From Prorocentrum cordatum (lineage: Eukaryota): a stretch of 64,000 nucleotides of DNA. Below are positions 24,721 through 38,560 of this stretch, one piece after another. The stretch spans positions 1-64,000 of the forward strand of contig CAUYUJ010000048.1 of NCBI GenBank assembly GCA_963575745.1, in the 5' to 3' direction. Positions within the stretch are counted from its first letter, which is position 1, and the number at the start of each line of letters is the position of its first letter. The notes beneath the pieces were generated by a model. That model was not told the DNA's origin. It saw only the letters and a list, made by a program, of their open reading frames with translations, and searched no databases. The position numbers and the translations under genes were made by a program.

Positions 24721-27244
24721 TTGTCGCGCGCCTGAGGCTTGGAAACTCGCTGACAGCGCTCGAGCGCCCGGGCTCCCTTCTCCGTCTCCGCGGCGGCTCG
24801 CAGTCCGGCTGCAGTGCTCCTCGGGAGCCTCGCCGTCTCGCTTCCGCTCCACGAACGCCCGGGTCCCGTTGGGAAGCTGGGCCAGTCCCACTCGCGAGTC
24901 GCGTGACACCCGCGCCGTCGGGGTGAGCTCCGCCGCGTCGCCGACTCCCCTCGCCGCGCGCTCCGCGGCAATCGCCCGGCGCCCGGGCGGCGCGGGGGGC
25001 TCAAGGGGGGGGGGGGGGCGGCGATGGTGGAGGCCCCCGCGGCGTCGGAGGCCATCTCGGAGTGGGGGGCCCTTCGACAGGCTGAAGAAGGTCGAAGCTC
25101 TCGTCGCCGCGTGCGACCGCCGCAAGGTAGCCTTTGGCGCCGTCCTCGTGGTCACGAGGAGCTCCTGCCTGCTGGCCCAGCCGTCGGAGCCCGCCCCCGT
25201 GGGGAAGCTGACCAAAGCGATGGCCTCGGCCACGCGCCTGCGGAGGCTCGACTCCAGGTCGCGACTATCTTTTGCTGCCCATGCGCGCCTGGCGAAGAGA
25301 GAGATGCAACCAGCCAGGGACAACCGCGACCGCCTCAGCCACAGACACTTTTCCTCCGACGCGTTGTTGATGGCCGTCAGCGGGTAGCATGGGCAGTGAC
25401 GGGTTTCATGCTAAGCAGATATGCTACCAGTGATCGATTCGATCGCCCGGCTAGCTTCCGAGAGGGACCTCCAAACAGCAAAGGCGGAGGTTGCAGGAAC
25501 ACGAAGCGCGAGACAACCGGGAGCACAGACAGGCAACATTGGAACGAGGGGACGGATCCGGAGGGAGGAACGCAGGACTGCAAACAAAGATTGGCACCGA
25601 CACCAGCAAACACACACGTACGCACGCACTCCTTAAATTGTCACCGTATCCACACGTTTCAACCGCCACGCGCAGATCCCCACCCGCCCGCCTGAAGCTG
25701 CCACAGAGACCGCCCTCATCCGCCCACCAGAAGCTGCAGCCGACATGTCCTCACCCACCAAGCTAACACTGCCGCCCAAATATCCTCACGCCCGATGCTA
25801 ACTGCCACCCAGGTTGCGTGACCGAGCGTCCACGAACATTGCCACCGACGTATCGCCACCCACCCGCCAAACATAGCAACTCCATATTATCTTCATCCAC
25901 AACTTGCCACACCGAAATTTCAGGAGCTGCGCCCTGTAGAAAAGGCTGCTGCTCGCGAAGGCATTCGCGCGTAAGTTGCCCTCACAAGGTCATGCGCAAG
26001 ACATCGCGCAAGGTCGCCGCGTCCTCTTGCGCGGGCGGATCAGGATCAGAGTGAGGATGAGTATGCGGGTGTTGATGATGATGACGATGACGAGGATGAT
26101 GTGTATGATGGCGACCACGACCACGACGCTGACGACGACAATTCTACTTACAGTGAAACTGAACATGCTAATGGTAATGATCAGAATGTGCGCATGAGAA
26201 GGAGGAGAAAGAGGAGTAGGAGAACGAGGAGGAGGGGGGGTGGGGGAGGAGGTGGTGGTGGTGGGGGGTGATGGAGGATGAGACCGAGGAAGAGACCCCC
26301 CATGTCTTTGTCGCTCATCTGGGATGCTGGCGGGCATCGGGGCGGTCGCCGCGAGGGTCTCTGGCCAACCGCGCCGCAATACCGCTGCTTCCGCGGCACC
26401 GTGCCCCGTTCTGGGAGGGGGGGGGGGGGTGCGCCGGGCGGCGTGCGGCGTGCCCAGCGGGGCGCACCCAGCCGCCCTGGACGAGAAAAAGCGGCCGCCT
26501 GGGGTGGGGGGACGGTGGCTTTCTCTTCCTTTTCCTCTACCTCCACCTTCTCCCCCTCCCTCCTCTTCCGCCTTCTGTCCCTCCTCCGTCACTCTGTCGT
26601 TGAAGTCCATACGCTGCTTGCTTCGTTCCTGCATTCCTCACTTCGGGATTCGAGACTGTGATTGCTTTCGTTTCCACCTCTGCCTCCCTTTCCTCTGCCC
26701 CTTCTCCCACGGCCAGCGCCAGCCAGGGGTTGTGTCCGCTTCGAGCTAGGTGGACACCGCTGTGGTGTCGGCCTGGCCTGCAGGCACAGCCAGCCCTCTC
26801 GTGCGGGCCCTAAAGGGGGGCCCCCAAACGCCCCCAGCACGCCCACCACTGCTTCGACCGTAGGGGGCCCCCAAGACGCCCCAAGAAGATTCCAAACTGC
26901 TTTCCGAGAGAGGCCCGACGCTCCAAGACGGGGAGTCCGAACGGGGGGGGGGCCCTGAATTGCAAGGTGGCGGGGGGGGTTGAACCGCCCTTCCCCCCTC
27001 CTTTTCTTAAGGCAGGGACAGGGTTTGGGTTCGAACAGCCCCCCCCCTGAATTGACAGAGGGGGTGATTCGAACGGGGCCCTCCCCGCCACCCGCCATGG
27101 CCTCCTCAATGGCAAGCGACGACGGCGAGTGATGGCGCCTGCGCCTGCGCCGTCAGGCAGCGACGACGACAACGACGACGACAACGACGACGACGACGAC
27201 CATAACGTCGACGACAACGGCAACGACGACGATGACGACGACGA

Positions 27245-29390
27245 TCGATCCCTAGTAGCATGCCATTGAAGCTGGATCGAGCCCTCATAGGATTCTATAA
27301 GAACTGGATCGACCCCCAGTAGGATTCATTGAGAGCTGGATTCAGCACCAGTAGCATTCCATTAGAGCTGAATCGAGAAGTTTCTGATAGAGCAGGATCA
27401 AGCCCACCTAGGATTTCATAATAGCGGGATCGAGCCTCATTAGGGTGTTCGTAGAATTGGATTAGGTCTGTCAGAGCTGGAGCGAGCACTCGTAGGAGTA
27501 TATTCGAGCTGAACGCAGCCTTCGTAGGATTGTACGACATTTGGATCGAACCATCGTATGGTTCAATTTGAGGTGGATTGAGCCCTGGTATGATTCTGTT
27601 AGGGCTGGATCACGCCATAGTCGGATTATATTGACATTTTATCCGAGTGAAAGCAATAGTACTAGCTAGGAGTGAAGCATTTGTCTGCGCTGAACAGAAG
27701 CCTAGCAGGATGGAGTGAAAGCTTGGCCGAGCTCCAGTAGGATTCATTTTGAGCTGAATTCAGCCCAAGGGAGATTCAAGTGGAGCTGGATGGAGCGTCA
27801 GTAGTTCTTTGTTTCAATTGAATACAGCCCGGATATTTTCAATTATGGTCGAGCCGGACCGAGCTTCAGAAGGATCCCATTAGAGATGGACACTTCCTTG
27901 ATCGGATTCTATCATGGTTGGATCCAGCCGTAGTAGGATACTGTCAGAGCTGGACTGTGCACTCGCAAGATTTTGGTTCGAGCTGGACGCAGCCCAAAGG
28001 TGATTTCGTTTGCGCTGGATCATGTCTCAAAAGGGTTTCATTTAACTTGGGAGAGCCTAGGCAGGATTCTTGTAGGACTGGATCCAGCTAGAGTAGGGTT
28101 ACCTTAGAGGTGGATCAAGCCCGAATATGGTTCGATTAGAGCCGGATCGAGCCTCAAATATTCCGGTAGAGTTGGATCCAGTTTTGATCGGAATCCACAA
28201 GAGTTGGGTCCAGCCTTAGAAGGACTCTATCAGAGTTTGACCGAGTATTCGTAGGATTCTTCTGAGCTGGACGCAACCTCTACTCGGGTTGGGTGATGTT
28301 CATTTTGCTGGCCCATATTACACCACTGTTGCTACATGTCGGTGTGCCTATGGCGGGCGAGAAGGAGGATGAAGGGAATCGATAGGGGAGGAAGAGAGAA
28401 AGGAGGAGGAGGAGGAAGAGGAGTTGGATGAGGAGGGGGAGGAGGAGGAACAGGAGGGGCAGGGAGGAGGAGGAGGAGGACGAGACGCCTCTTTGGAAGG
28501 CGTCTTGGGAAATCTTGGGAGGCCTCTCGGAGGCCTGTTTGCGGCATTTTGGGGCTGGTGGTCTCGAGGGCAAATTTTCGGGGAAGGCTCGATCTGCCTG
28601 TTCAGGTTTCCTTTTTGAACCCTCTGGGGAAGCCTTTTGGGCCGTCTTAGGGCCCTCCTAGGCCGTCTTGTGGCCGTCCTGGGAGCCTTTGGGCTGACGT
28701 GGGGCGATATTGGAGGCCTTCTGAGCCTGGGCTTCGGCAGTCCGAAGCTTGAAACGGCGGTGAGGCCAAACTCTTGCAAAACTCGAGGAACGCCAACGAC
28801 GTGCGCCTCTTCGGGCCCGCGTGGGGTCCTCTTGGAGCCCTCTTGGGGCGCCTTGGGCGCCTCGTGGGCCGTCTTGAGACCAATTTGGGCCATCCTGGAA
28901 CGCTCTTGGCCTGAGGCCGACTGGCCTGCCACCTATGTGGCGCCTCCTTGTGCCTTTCCTCGGGTTCTGTTAGGGTTGGATCCAGCCAGAGTGGGATTCC
29001 ATAAGTTCTTGCAGTTGGATCGAACCTTAGTAGGTTTCTATTCTGGCTGCATCGGGCCATCGTAGGATTCTATAGAGGCGGATCGAGCCCTAGTAGGATC
29101 GAAGTAGAGCAAGGGTCAGCCTTACTATGATTACACTATATCTGGATGGAGCCTTGGTGTTTCAGAGCTGGACAGACAGAGCCTCAGTATTACGTTGTGG
29201 GAGATGGAAAAGAAGCCCGAGTATATTCCCATCTGAGCCTGGTCGACCCCTAAGATAATGATATAAGAATTGGTTCGAGCCCTCGCATTATTATATCAGA
29301 GCTGGATGCGGTCCTAGTAGGACCCCATCAGAGCTGGATCCAGCTTAGTACGAATCTATGAGAGTTGAATCGAGCTTGTCGTCGTCGCAG
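27245..29390. repeat. Degenerate AT-richer 32-bp tandem repeat, split by an insertion at about 28330-28960
   Basis: ctggat recurs at 27272, 27304 and 27336. Approximate consensus agagctggatcgagccctagtaggattctat. Confidence 0.8.
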
Positions 29391-31065
29391 TCGTCGGTCG
29401 TCGTCGTCGTCGTCGTCGTCCCTGGCCGTCGTCGTCGTCCACCAGTCGTCGTCGTGGCCGTCTACCGTCATCGTCGTCAGTTGTCCGTCCTTCGTCGCCC
29501 ACGTTTTTTCAGTTATCGATATCCGTCTTTTTCGTGCGTCATCAGTCGTCAGTCGTCCGTTGTTTTTGTCGTGGTCGTTGTCGTCGTAGTCGTCGCACTT
29601 AGTCGTCGGTGGTGCTCGTCGTCCTTGGCTGGCGGTCGTCGTCCATCGGTTGTCGTCGTCGTCTTGCGTCGTCCGTCCTCCGTCGTCCGCGTCGTCACGG
29701 TCGTCGTTGTGCGTCCTTCGTCCTTCGTCTTTCGTCGTCTGGCGTCCGTCGTCCGTCGTCGTCGTTGTCGTTGACGTTGCGATTGCCGTCGTCGTCGTCG
29801 TCGTCCGCTGACGTTGTCGCCGTCGTTGCCTTCTTCGTCGTCGTCAGCGTTCTTTGCCAGTGGCGCGCAGGGGGAGGGGGGGGGGGGCCCGGATCGAACC
29901 CCCCTCCCACCGCCTCCCCCCCCCTTGAAAAAGAGCCCCCCCTCCCCCACCGGTACGAACCTTTTCCCCCCTCTCGGAGGCGTGGGCCCCCCCCCGGTAT
30001 TCCGGGCGTACCGAATGCTTTTCCCAACCATTCAGTGGTGTTGGGTCTTCGTGTTGAAGAGACAGTCCCCGCGTTCCCTCCTCTCCAGCTCCTCCTCCTT
30101 CGGCTCCTCTCTCCCAACCTTGCCTCTGCCCTCCACGTGTCCTCTCCTACGCTGGCTTCTGGTGTGGTTTTCCGGTTTTGCCTTTTCTGCGGCCCTGCTT
30201 TCTTCGTCTTCCTCCCTTCTCCTCTTCTTGCCGGTTTACTTCTGGGATGTTGCCCGATATTGAGCCACTGGTCAGTCTCAGCCGAGCATCGCCGCGGAGT
30301 GCATGTGTTACTCGAGTGATGCTGTGGTCCCCCATGTCCGATTCGTCCCCTCTGCTGTCCTCCTTCTTGCCCCCTAATATGCGCTGGATAGACAGATGGC
30401 ACGCTGGCGCCATACTATGGCCATGCCTGCGCCATATTCTTGACGCTTCGCGCATCCCCACCAGCCCGTCCAGCAAGGATGCCCAGACGAGTTGCCCTGA
30501 TCAGGGAAGCGGGGGGAGGGGGCAGACAGAAAAACAAGAAGGCTCGGGAAGCCTTCATACCCCAACGGGGGGAAGATGGAGGATGAACCGGAGGAAATGG
30601 GGGAGGACACGGAGGTGGGGGATGGGGGGGGAGGAGAAAGGAGGAACGGGCAGGACGGAGAAGAGATAAGAAGAGGCGGATAAGGACGAGGAGGGCGAGC
30701 AGAAGGGCGAGAGTCCGTCTGGATGCTCCCACGGAGTCTCTTCTTGAGATGTCTTTCGGGAGCTTCTCGGAGCCCTTTTGGAGCGTCTTGGGGGCCTCTG
30801 GGCTGTCACTAGGACCTCTGCGAGCGTCTTCGGAGCCTCGGGGGAGCCTCTGGGGCTTCTGAGGGGCCGCTCGGGAGCCTCGAGGGGGCTTCCTGGGGGT
30901 CTCTTGAGGCCCTGTCGGGGCACTCTCGGGAGCCATGGGGGCCCTCTGGGAGGCTCCGGAGGGGGGTGGGTGGGGTAGAGGAGGGGGGTGGGCGGGGGGG
31001 GGTCGAGGGGGTGCGGACGGGGAGGGTGGAGGGACGCGGAGGGGGGGTGGGCGGAGGTGTGGGCG

Positions 31066-34000
31066 GGCCATGCTATTGCCATACAGCTGCCATGCCGTTG
31101 CCATGCTGCTGCCATGCTGTTGCCATGCCGTTGCCTGGCGCATGCCATGCCGTTGCCGTGCCGTGGCCGGGCCGTTGCCTTGCTGTTGCCATGCTGTTGC
31201 CATGCGCTTGCCGTGCCGTTGCCATGCCGTGGCCGTGCTGTTGCCATGCTGTTGCCATGCGCTTGCCATGCCGTTGCCATGCCGTGGCCGTGCTGTTGCC
31301 ATGCTGAAGCCATGCTGTTGCCAGGTTGTTGCCATGCGCTTGCCACGCCGTTGCCATGCCGTTGCCACGCAGTTGCCATGCCGTTGCCATGCTGTTACCA
31401 TGCTGTTGCCATGGGGCTGCCACGCAGATGGCCATGCGACTGCCACGCAGATGGCACGCAGTTGCCATGCCATGGCGGAGGCGTTGCCATGCAGTTGCCG
31501 TGCGCGTGCCATGCGCGTGCCATGCCGTGGCCGCGCTGTTGCCATGCCGTTGCCATGCTGTCGCCATGCCGTTGCCATGCCGTTGCCATGCGCTTGCCAT
31601 GCCGTTGCCATGCCGTGGCCGCGCCGTTGCCACGCTGTTGCCATGCTGTTGCCATGCTGTTGCCAGGTTGTTGCCATGCGCTTGCCACGCCGTTGCCATG
31701 CTGTTGCCACGCAGTTGCCATGCCGTTGCCATGCTGTTGCCATGCCGTTGCCATGCGGTTGCCATGCCGTTGCCATGCCGTTGCCATGCGCTTGCCATGC
31801 CGTTGCCATGCCGTGGCCGCGCTGTTGCCATGCTGTTGCCATGCCGTTGCCATGTTGTTGCCATGCCGTTGCCATGCCGTGGCCGCGCTGTTGCCATGCC
31901 GTTGCCATGCCGTGGCCGTGCGGTTGCCATGCCGTTGCCATGCCGTTGCCATGCTGTTGCCATGCCGTTGCCATGCCGTTGCCATGCGCTTGCCATGCCG
32001 TTGCCATGCCGTGGCCGCGCTGTTGCCATGCTGTCGCAATGCCGTTGCCATGCTGTCGCCATGCCGTTGCCATGCCGTTGCCATGCGCTTGCCATGCCGT
32101 TGCCATGCCGTGGCCGTGCTGTTGCCATGCTGTTGGCATGCCGTCGCCATGCTGTTGCCATGCCGTTGCCATGCCGTTGCCATGCGCTTGCCATGCCATT
32201 GCCATGCCGTGGCCATGCTGTTGCCATGCTGTTGTCATGCCGTTGCCACGCTGTTGCCATGCCGTTGCCATGCGCTTGCCATGCCGTTGCCATGCCGTGG
32301 CCGTGCTGTTACCATGCCGCTGCCATGCCGTTGCCATGCTGTTGCCATGCCGTTGCCATGCCGTTGCCATGCCGTTGCCATGCCGTGGCCATGCCGTGGC
32401 CGCGCTGTTGCCATGCTGTTGCCATGCCGTTGCCATGCTGTTGCCATGCCGTTGCCATGCCGTTGCCATGCGCTTGCCATGCCGTTGCCATGCCGTGGCC
32501 GCGCTGTTGCCATGCTGTTGCCATGTCGTTACCATGCCGCTGCCATGCTGTTGCCATGCCGTTGCCATGCCGTTGCATGCCGTGGCCGCGCTGTTGCCAT
32601 GCTGTTGCCATGCCGTTGCCACGCTGTTGCCATGCCGTTGCCACGCCGTTGCCATGCGCTTGCCATGCCGTTGCCATGTCGTGGCCGTGCTGTTGCCATG
32701 CTGTTGCCATGCCGTTGCCATGCTGTTGCCATGCCGTTGCCATGCGCTTGCCATGCCGTGGCCGTGCTGTTGCAATGGCGTTGCCACGCTGTTGCCATGC
32801 CGTTGCCATGCCGTTGCCATGCGCTTGCCATGCCGTTGCCATGCCGTGGCCGTGCTGTTGCCATGCTGTTGCCATGCCGTTGCCATGCTGTTGCCATGCC
32901 GTTGCCACGCCGTTGCCATGCGCTTGCCGTGCCGTTGCCATGCCGTGGCCGCGCTGTTGCCATGCTGTTGCCATGCCGTTGCCATGCTGTTGCCATGCCG
33001 TGGCCGTGCCGTTGCCATGCGCTTGCCATGCCGTTGCCATGCCGTGGCCGCGCTGTTGCCATGCTGTTGCAATGCCGTTGCCATGCTGTTGCCATGCCGT
33101 GGCCACGCCGTTGCCATGCGCTGGCCATGCCGTCGCCATGCCGTGGCCGTGCTGTTGCCATGCTGTTGCCATGCCGTTGCCATGCTGTTGCCATGCCGTT
33201 GTCATGCCGTTGCCATGCGCTTGCCATGCCGTTGCCATGCCATGGCCGTGCCTTTGCCATGCTGCTGCCATGCCGTTGCCATGCTGCTGCCATGCCGTTG
33301 CCTTGTCGTTGCCATGCGCTTGCCGTGCCGTTGCCATGCCGTGGCCGGGCTGTTGCCATGCTGTTGCCATGCCGTTGCCATGCCGTTGCCATGCCGTTGC
33401 CATGCCGTTGCCATGCGCTTGCCATGCCGTTGCCATGCCGTGGCCGCGCTGTTGCCATGCTGTTGCCATGCCGTTGCCATGCTGTTGCCATGCCGCTGCC
33501 ATGCTGTTGCCATGCGCTTGCCATGCCGTTGCCTTGCCGTGGCCGTGCTGTTGCCACGCTGTTGCCATGCCGTTGCCATGCTGTTGCCATGCCGTTGCCA
33601 TGCCGTTGCCATGCGCTTGCCATGCCGTTGCCATGCCGTGGCCATGCTGTGGCCTTGCTGTTGCCATGCCGTTGCCATGCTGCTGCCATGCCGTTGCCAT
33701 GCCGTTGCCATGCGCTTGCCATGCGGTTGCCATGCCGTGGCCGCGCTGTTGCCATGATGTTGCCATGCCGTTGCCATGCCGTCGCCATGCCATCGCCGAT
33801 CCATCGCGGTGCCAATGCGGGACGACTTGCTGGACGATCCCCGGGGCGATTTGGGCAGGTCCACGCGGGAAGGCGTTGACTTGCGCAAGTCAGGGGGGTA
33901 TTTTTCAGGAAATTCTTGAAAAATTACCCCCCTGACTCGCGCAAGTCAGGGGGGTATTTTTTTTGGAAATTCCTGAGAAATTACCCCCCTGACTTGCGCG

Positions 34001-37000
34001 AGTCAGGGGGGTAATTTTTCAGGAATTTCCTGAAAAATTACCCCCCTGACTTGCGCAAGTCGGCGCCTCTGCGTCGCCATGCTGCAGCCATGCCGACGCC
34101 ATGCTCCTGCCACGCTGCTGCCGTGCTATGGCCAGCCGTCGCCGCTGCGTTGGCGCGCGATTGCCGCGCAGTTGCCACGCTAGCGTCGCGTGAGAGCCGC
34201 GCTGTTGCCATGCTTTTGCCGAGCTGTTGCCGCGGGCTGCCACGCTATTGCCATGCGATTGCCACGCAGCTGCCATGCCATTGCCATGCGACTGCCACGC
34301 AGATGGCACGCAGTTGCCGTGCCGTTGCCATGCCGTGGCCGTGGTGTTGCCATGCTGTTGCCATGCTGTTGCCATGCGCGTGCCATGCCGTTGCCATGCT
34401 GTTGCCATGCCGTTGCCATGCCGTTGCCATGCGCTTGCCATGCCGTTGCCATGCCGTGGCCATGCGCTTGCCATGCCGTTGCCATGCCGTGGCCGTGCTG
34501 TTGCCATGCTGTTGCCGTGCTGTTGCCATGTGCTTGCCAGGCCGTTGCCATGCCGAGGCCGTTATGTTGCCATGCCGCAGCCATGCCGTTGCCATGCCGT
34601 TGCCATGCGCTCGCCATGCCGTTGCCATGCAGTTGCCATGCGTTTGCCATGCCTTTGCCATGCTGTTGCAGTGCTGTTGCCATGCCGTTGCCATGCCGTG
34701 GGCGCGCAGTTGCCATGCCATTGCCATGCAGTTGCCATGCGCTTGCCATGCCGTTGCCATGCGCTTGCCATGCCGTTGCCATGCCGTGGCCGCGCTGCTG
34801 CCATGCCATTGCCATGCTGTTGCCATGCCGTTGCCATGCGCTTGCCATGCCGTTGCCATGCTGTTGCCATGCTGTTGCTACGCTGTTGCCATGCTGTTGC
34901 CATGATGTTGCCATGCCGTTGCCGTGTTGTTGCCATGCGCTTGCCACGCCGTTGCCATGCAGTTGCCACGTTATTGCCATGCCGTTGCCATGCTGTTGCC
35001 ATGCTGTTGCCATGGGCTTGCCATGCCGTTGCCATGCCCTGGCCGTGCTGTTGCCATGCTGTCGCCATGCTGTTGCCATGCCGTTTGCCATGCCGTTGCC
35101 ATGCTGTTGCCATGCTGTTGCCATGCGCGTGCCTTGCCGTCGTCATGCCGTTGCCATGCGCTCGCCATGCCGTTGCCATGCAGTTGCCATGCTGTTGCCA
35201 TGCCGTTGCCATGATGTTGCTCTGCGCTTGCCACGCCATTGCCATGCCGTGGCCGTGCAGTTGCCATGCTGCTGCCATGCTGTTGCCATGGTGTTGCAAT
35301 GCTGTCGCCTTGCGCTTGTCATGATGTTGCCATGTCGTGGCCGTGCAGTTGCCATGCTGTTGCTATGCGGTTGCCATGCTGTTGCCATGCGCTTGCCCTG
35401 CCTCTGCCATGCCGTGGCCGAGCTGTTGCCATGCGGTTGCCATGCCTCTGCCATGCTGTTGCCGTGCTGCTGCCATGCCGTTGCCATGCTGCTGCCATGC
35501 TGTTGCCATGCTGATGCCATGCCATTGTCATGCTGCGTCCATGCTACTGCCATGCTGATGCCATGCTCTTGCCATGCTGCTGCCATGCTGTTGCCATGCT
35601 CTCGCCTTGCCGTTGCCATGCCGTGGCCGTGCTGTTGCCATGCTGTCGCCATGTCATTGCCATGTTGATGCCGTGCGGCGGCCTCGCTGCCGCCATGCCG
35701 ATACCATGCTGTTGCCATGCCGTTGCCGTGATGTCATGCTGTTGCCGTGCTGCCGCCATGCCGGTGCCATGCTGCTGCCATGTTGTGGCCATGTTGATGC
35801 CATGCAGTTGCCATGCGGTGGCCTCGCTGCTGCCACGCTGTTCCCATGCTGCTGCCATGCTGTTGCCATGCTGTGGCCGTGCTGTTGCCATGCCGTTGTC
35901 ATGCGCTTGCCGTGCCGTTGCCATGCCGTGGCCGCGCTGTTGCCATGCTGGTGCCATGCTGTTGCCATGCCGTTGCCATGCGCTTGTCATGCCGTTGCCA
36001 TGCCGTGGCCGTGCTGTTGCCATGCTGTTGCCATGTTGTTGCCATGCGCTTGCCATGCGCTTGCCATGCCGTGGCCGTGCAGTTGCCACGCTGTTGCCAT
36101 GCCGTTGCCATGCTGTTGCCATGCTGCTGCCATGGGGCTCCCATGCTATTGCTATGCGATTGCCACGCAGCTGCCATGCTAGTGCCATGCGACTGCCACG
36201 CAGATGGCACGCAGTTGCCTTGCCGTTGCCATGCCGTGGCCGTGCTGTTGCCATGGTGTTGCCATGCGCGTGCCATGCCGTTGCCATGCCGTGGCCGTGC
36301 TGTTGCCATGCCGGTGCCATGATGTTGCCATGTTGATGCCATGCCGTTGCCATGCGCTTGCCATGCCGTTGCCTTGCCGTGGCCGTGCTGTTGCCATGCT
36401 GTTGTCATGGTGTTGCCATGTTGTTGCCATGCGCTTGCCAGGCCGTTGCCATGCCGAGGCCGTGCTATTGCCATGCTGTTGCCATGCCGCAGCCATGCCG
36501 TTGCCGTGTCGTTGCCATGCCGTTGCCATGCAGTTGCCATGCGGTTGCCATGCCTCTGCCATGCTGTTTTCATGCTGTTGCCCTGCTGTTGCCACGCGCT
36601 TGCCATGCCGTTGCCATGCCGTGGCCGCGCTGTTGCCATGCATTTGCCATGCAGTTGCCATGCTGTTGCCATGGGGCTCCCATACTATTGCCGTGACGTT
36701 GCCATGCCGTGGCCGCGCTGATGCCATGCCGTTGCCAAGCTGTTGCCATGCTGTTGCCACGCGCTTGCCATGCCGTTGCCTTGCTGTTGCCATGCTGTTG
36801 CTACGCTGTTGCCATGATGTTGCCATGCTGTTGCCATGTTGTTGCCATGCGCTTGCCACGCCATTCCCATGCCGTTGCCATGCCGTTGCCATGCAGTTGC
36901 CATGGGCTTGCCATGTCGTTGCCATGCCCTGGCCGTGCTGTTGCCATGCTATTGCCATGCCGTGGCCATGCTGTTGCCATGCTGTTGCCATGCTGTTGCC

Positions 37001-37450
37001 ATGCGCTTGCCATATCGTTGTCATGCCGAGGCCGTGCTGTTGCCATGCTGTTGCCATGCGCTTGCCATGCGCTTGCCATGCCGTGGCCGTGCCGTTGCCA
37101 TGCTGAAGCCATGCTGTTGCCATGTTGTTGCCATGCGCTTGCCATGCCGTTGCCATGCAGTTGCCACGCTGTTGCCATGCCGTTGCCATGCTGTTGCCAT
37201 GCTGTTGCCATGCGCTTGCCATGCCGTTGCCATGCTGTTGCCATGTTGTCGCCACGGTGTTGCCATGCAGTTGCCGTGCAGTTGCCATGCCACTGTCGTG
37301 CGATTGCAGTAGTGTTGCCGTGCGAGCGCCTTCCGATTGCCGTGTGTTTGCCGTGCTACTGCTACGCGGTTGCCTAACGTATGTCGTTCAGTGGCCGAGC
37401 TACGGCCATGCACTTGCCATGCGGACGCCTGGCTGTTGCCATGCTGTATG
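31066..37450. repeat. 11-bp satellite (GCCATGCCGTT / GCCATGCTGTT / GCCATGCGCTT variants), about 6.4 kb
   Basis: Direct tandem periodicity, interrupted at about 33790-34075. Confidence 0.97.
33877..34061. repeat. Tandem array of 56-57-bp palindromic units
   Basis: TGACTTGCGCAAGTCA-like palindromes start at 33877, 33933, 33990 and 34047. They are separated by a second palindrome, GGGGGGTA(A)TTTTTCAGGAAATTCCTGAAAAATTACCCCCC. Confidence 0.93.
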
Positions 37451-37739
37451 AGCGCTGTTTCCCTGCATATGCCACGCTGCCTCCTTGCTGGGGCAACGCA
37501 GATTACGCGCGAGGGCCGCGATCGATCCGCGTCGTTGGACGCTGCTGCCGCGCAGACGCCTCGCAACAGCCATGCCGTTGAGGTTGCCGCGGGTTGCCGC
37601 GTACTCCAGGGTCTTCGAGGGCCAAAATCCGCCAAAATCCTTATTAGTTTTGGGGGGGCCGGGAAGCCAGCCTAGTCTCCACCACTATCATTGTCATCAT
37701 CATCGCCGTCATATCCCCTCCTCTTTCACGTGTCTACTT

Positions 37740-38560
37740 CGGCACACCCCTCAGACGTTTCGTGGCCCCATAGGGAGCTCCTCCGAAGGCCCCAGTGGCT
37801 GCGCCCGCATTCCGCCATCCCCCTCACTTTGGCATACCCCTCAGACGTTTCGTGGCCCCATGGGGAGCTCTACCCTGCGCCCGCATGCCGCCTGCCCCCT
37901 CACTTTTGGCACACCCCTCCCACGTTCCGTGGCCCCATAGAGAGATCCACCTAAGGGCCTCAGTGGCTGCGTTCGCATGCCGCCACCCCCGTCACTTTGG
38001 CACACCCCTCAGGGCCCCAGTGGTTGCGCCCGTATGCCGCCAACCCCCTCACTGTTGCACACCCTCACACGTTTCGTGGCCCCAAGGCTCCAGTGGCTGC
38101 GCCCGCAAACCGTCACCCCCCTCACTTTGGCACACCCTTCCACGTTTCGTGGCCCCACGAGGGGGTTCCATTGAAGGCCCCAGTGGCTGCGCCCGCATGC
38201 CGCCACCCCGCTCACTTTGGCACACCCCTCAGACGTTTCGCGGTCCCATAGGGAGCTCCACCGAAGGCCCCAGTGGCTGCGTTCGCATGCCGCCACCCCC
38301 ATCGCTATGGCACACCCCTCACACGTTTCGCGACCCCATAGGGAGCTCCACCAACAGACCCAGTGGCTGCGTTCGCATAGCGCCACCCCCACAACTTTGG
38401 CACACCCTTCAGACGTTTCGCGACCCCATAGGGAGCTCCACCGAAGTCCCCAGTGGTTGCGTTCGCATGCCGCCACCCCCTATCACTTTGGCACACCCTC
38501 ACACGCTTCGCGGCCCCACAGGGAGCTCCTCCGAAGGCCCCAGTGGTTGCGCCCGCATAT
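37740..38560. repeat. 90-bp tandem repeat sharing its core with the 58.6-60.4 kb array, in reverse orientation
   Basis: gagctc recurs at 38253, 38343, 38433 and 38523. Core tttcgtggccccatagggagctccaccgaaggccccagtgg. Confidence 0.9.

Noticed and set aside
30415..37377. Long ORFs (up to 963 aa) in the satellite, e.g. MATAWQRHGN repeats
   Set aside because: The 11-bp unit lacks stop codons, so several frames on both strands are open; these are not credible proteins.
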